From Rubricoccaceae bacterium (GTDB lineage Bacteria; Bacteroidota; Rhodothermia; Rhodothermales; Rubricoccaceae), in contig CAWHKM010000006.1 in assembly GCA_963829985.1 (NCBI GenBank), positions 133,770 to 197,769 on the forward strand: 64,000 bases of DNA. Reading direction: 5' to 3'. The translations under genes were made by a program, and so were the position numbers. Position 1 is the stretch's first letter, and every line of letters starts with the position of its first letter. Positions 62,599 through 64,000 of this stretch are shown here, one piece after another. The notes beneath the pieces were generated by a model that saw nothing but the letters and a program-made list of their open reading frames with translations, did no database searches and was not told the origin of the DNA.

Positions 62599-62920
62599 GA
62601 CGTGTCCTCGGACCCCTCGGACGTGTCCCCGATACTGGCGCGAGACTCTTTTTGCCTCGCGCGAGACTCCGCGGACACGTCCCGTGACTCGAAAAGACTC
62701 GCGCGAGACTCTCCAGACATGTCGCCTGACTGAAAAAGACTCGCGCGAGACTCTCCGGACACCTCGTCTGACTCAGAAAGACTCGCGCGAGACGCCCCGG
62801 ACACGTCCGGTGACTGAGAAAGAGTCTCGCGCGAAGCTCCGGGCACCTCCGACGTGTTCGGGCCCGACACCTCCGACGTGTCTACAGACACCTCCGACGT
62901 GTCTCGGGACACCTCTGGCC
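62599..62920. repeat. Composite tandem-repeat array with 21-bp register and 42-bp core units, bracketed by a 14-bp inverted repeat
   Basis: Aligned by hand. GACGTGTCC occurs at 62599 and 62620. The palindrome CTCGCGCGAG occurs at 62656, 62698, 62740 and 62782, with a degenerate copy at 62826. The inverted repeat is 62638-62651 / 62819-62832. Units GACACCTCCGACGTGTCT lie at 62866 and 62887, with a partial copy at 62908. Confidence 0.85.
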
Positions 62921-62994
62921 CGACGAACGGAACGCCGCGGCGGGCGCGACCGCCCGGCCGGGCGCGTTCCGCCTGCCCCTCACCGCCCGTTCCG

Positions 62995-63510
62995 ATGCGC
63001 CTCGCCCTTCTGACGCTCGCCCTCGCTGCCACCGGCTGCACGACCGCCCGCCCCGATTCGGCCAGTGCCCAGATGCCTGACGCGTCCGCGCCCGCCATCG
63101 TGCTCGAGCGGACGCCGTGCCGCGGCTTCTGCCCGGCCTACACCGTCGCCGCGTATGCCGACGGGCGCGTCGTTTGGACCGGCTCGGACCATGTCAAAAC
63201 GCAGGGCGCGGCCGAGTGGCGCGTCGCTCCGGCCGTCGTCGCCGGGCTCGTCCGGCAGGCCAAGGCAGCCGACCACGCCTCCTTCCCGGAAATGCTCACG
63301 GGTCCCGAGACCTGTCCCCAGTTCGCCACAGACCTGCCCGGAGCCGTGACGACGGTTCGCATGGCCTCCGGGAGCCACGAGGTGACGCACAACCGTGGCT
63401 GCCGGGGCTTCCGTGGCGAGGCCGCGCTTACGGCCTTCGAGCAGGCCATCGACCGAGACCTCGGGACAGCCGCGCGCGTCGGACAGCCAAATCCGACAGC
63501 GCCGCGGTAG
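62995..63510 (+). CDS. DUF6438-like lipoprotein
   Basis: ATG at 62995 within track ORF 62854..63510, with lipobox LAATGC. The motif LERTPCRGFCPAYTV ... DGRVVW matches the DUF6438 pattern from memory. Confidence 0.5.
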   Translation: MRLALLTLALAATGCTTARPDSASAQMPDASAPAIVLERTPCRGFCPAYTVAAYADGRVVWTGSDHVKTQGAAEWRVAPAVVAGLVRQAKAADHASFPEMLTGPETCPQFATDLPGAVTTVRMASGSHEVTHNRGCRGFRGEAALTAFEQAIDRDLGTAARVGQPNPTAPR

Positions 63511-63517
63511 GCGCGCG

Positions 63518-64000
<483 letters not shown>

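Noticed and set aside
62599-62920. Possible CRISPR array
   Set aside because: The units are contiguous, with no unique spacers between repeats. The period is 21/42 bp with internal sub-repeats, and no cas genes are present in the window.
62532-63098. 188-aa minus-strand ORF reading through the repeat array as a Ser/Glu/Asp-rich 14-aa repeat protein, with matching plus-strand ORFs at 62212..62733 and 62684..63013
   Set aside because: All frames are open simply because the repeat lacks stop codons. The ORF would overlap the 3' end of the S46 peptidase and the 5' end of the DUF6438 gene. There is no convincing start context or codon bias.

Overview
Very GC-rich chromosomal segment with strongly G/C-biased third codon positions. 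It most likely comes from a Rhodothermota/Bacteroidota-type bacterium. That inference rests on PorD (DUF4835) and PorV/PorQ-like genes, a secreted esterase with a T9SS-type C-terminal sorting domain, bshB1, and many lipoproteins and TonB-system genes. I can support about 55 protein-coding genes and 2 tRNAs (Val-CAC at 2227-2300; Leu-TAG at 60213-60297, minus strand). I found no rRNA, CRISPR array, transposase, integrase or phage genes. Content is mostly housekeeping: carA/carB, NDH-2, nrnA-like, pepA, pdxA, ftsE, upp, an RluA-family synthase, msrB, Slt-type lytic transglycosylase, Kef-type antiporter, MsbA-like ABC exporter, S46 peptidase, an ABC-F ATPase and two sensor kinases. Points worth a second look: (1) At least 11 single-base frame disruptions sit inside conserved genes, including carB, pepA (twice) and msrB. 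They look like assembly indels rather than real pseudogenes. (2) An SbcD/SbcC-like (YhaO/YhaN-type) nuclease-ATPase pair has a degenerate nuclease motif III, two TM helices inside the ATPase and an unassigned C-terminal extension of about 270 aa. (3) A probable copper-trafficking operon reads TonB-dependent receptor, SCO, PCu(A)C, then a BNR propeller with Cys/His/Met motifs. (4) An EutE-like acylating aldehyde dehydrogenase has a 12-bp-repeat proline linker and a terminal amphipathic helix; it lies beside a KaiC-like pseudo-ATPase and a TPR sensor kinase. (5) A ComEA-like HhH domain is fused to an outer-membrane barrel. (6) An unexplained, inverted-repeat-bounded array of 21/42-bp tandem repeats rich in GANTC sites lies at 62599-62920. 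No complete, clearly novel multi-gene system can be demonstrated from the sequence alone. All homology calls come from motif recognition by eye, and start codons are approximate.
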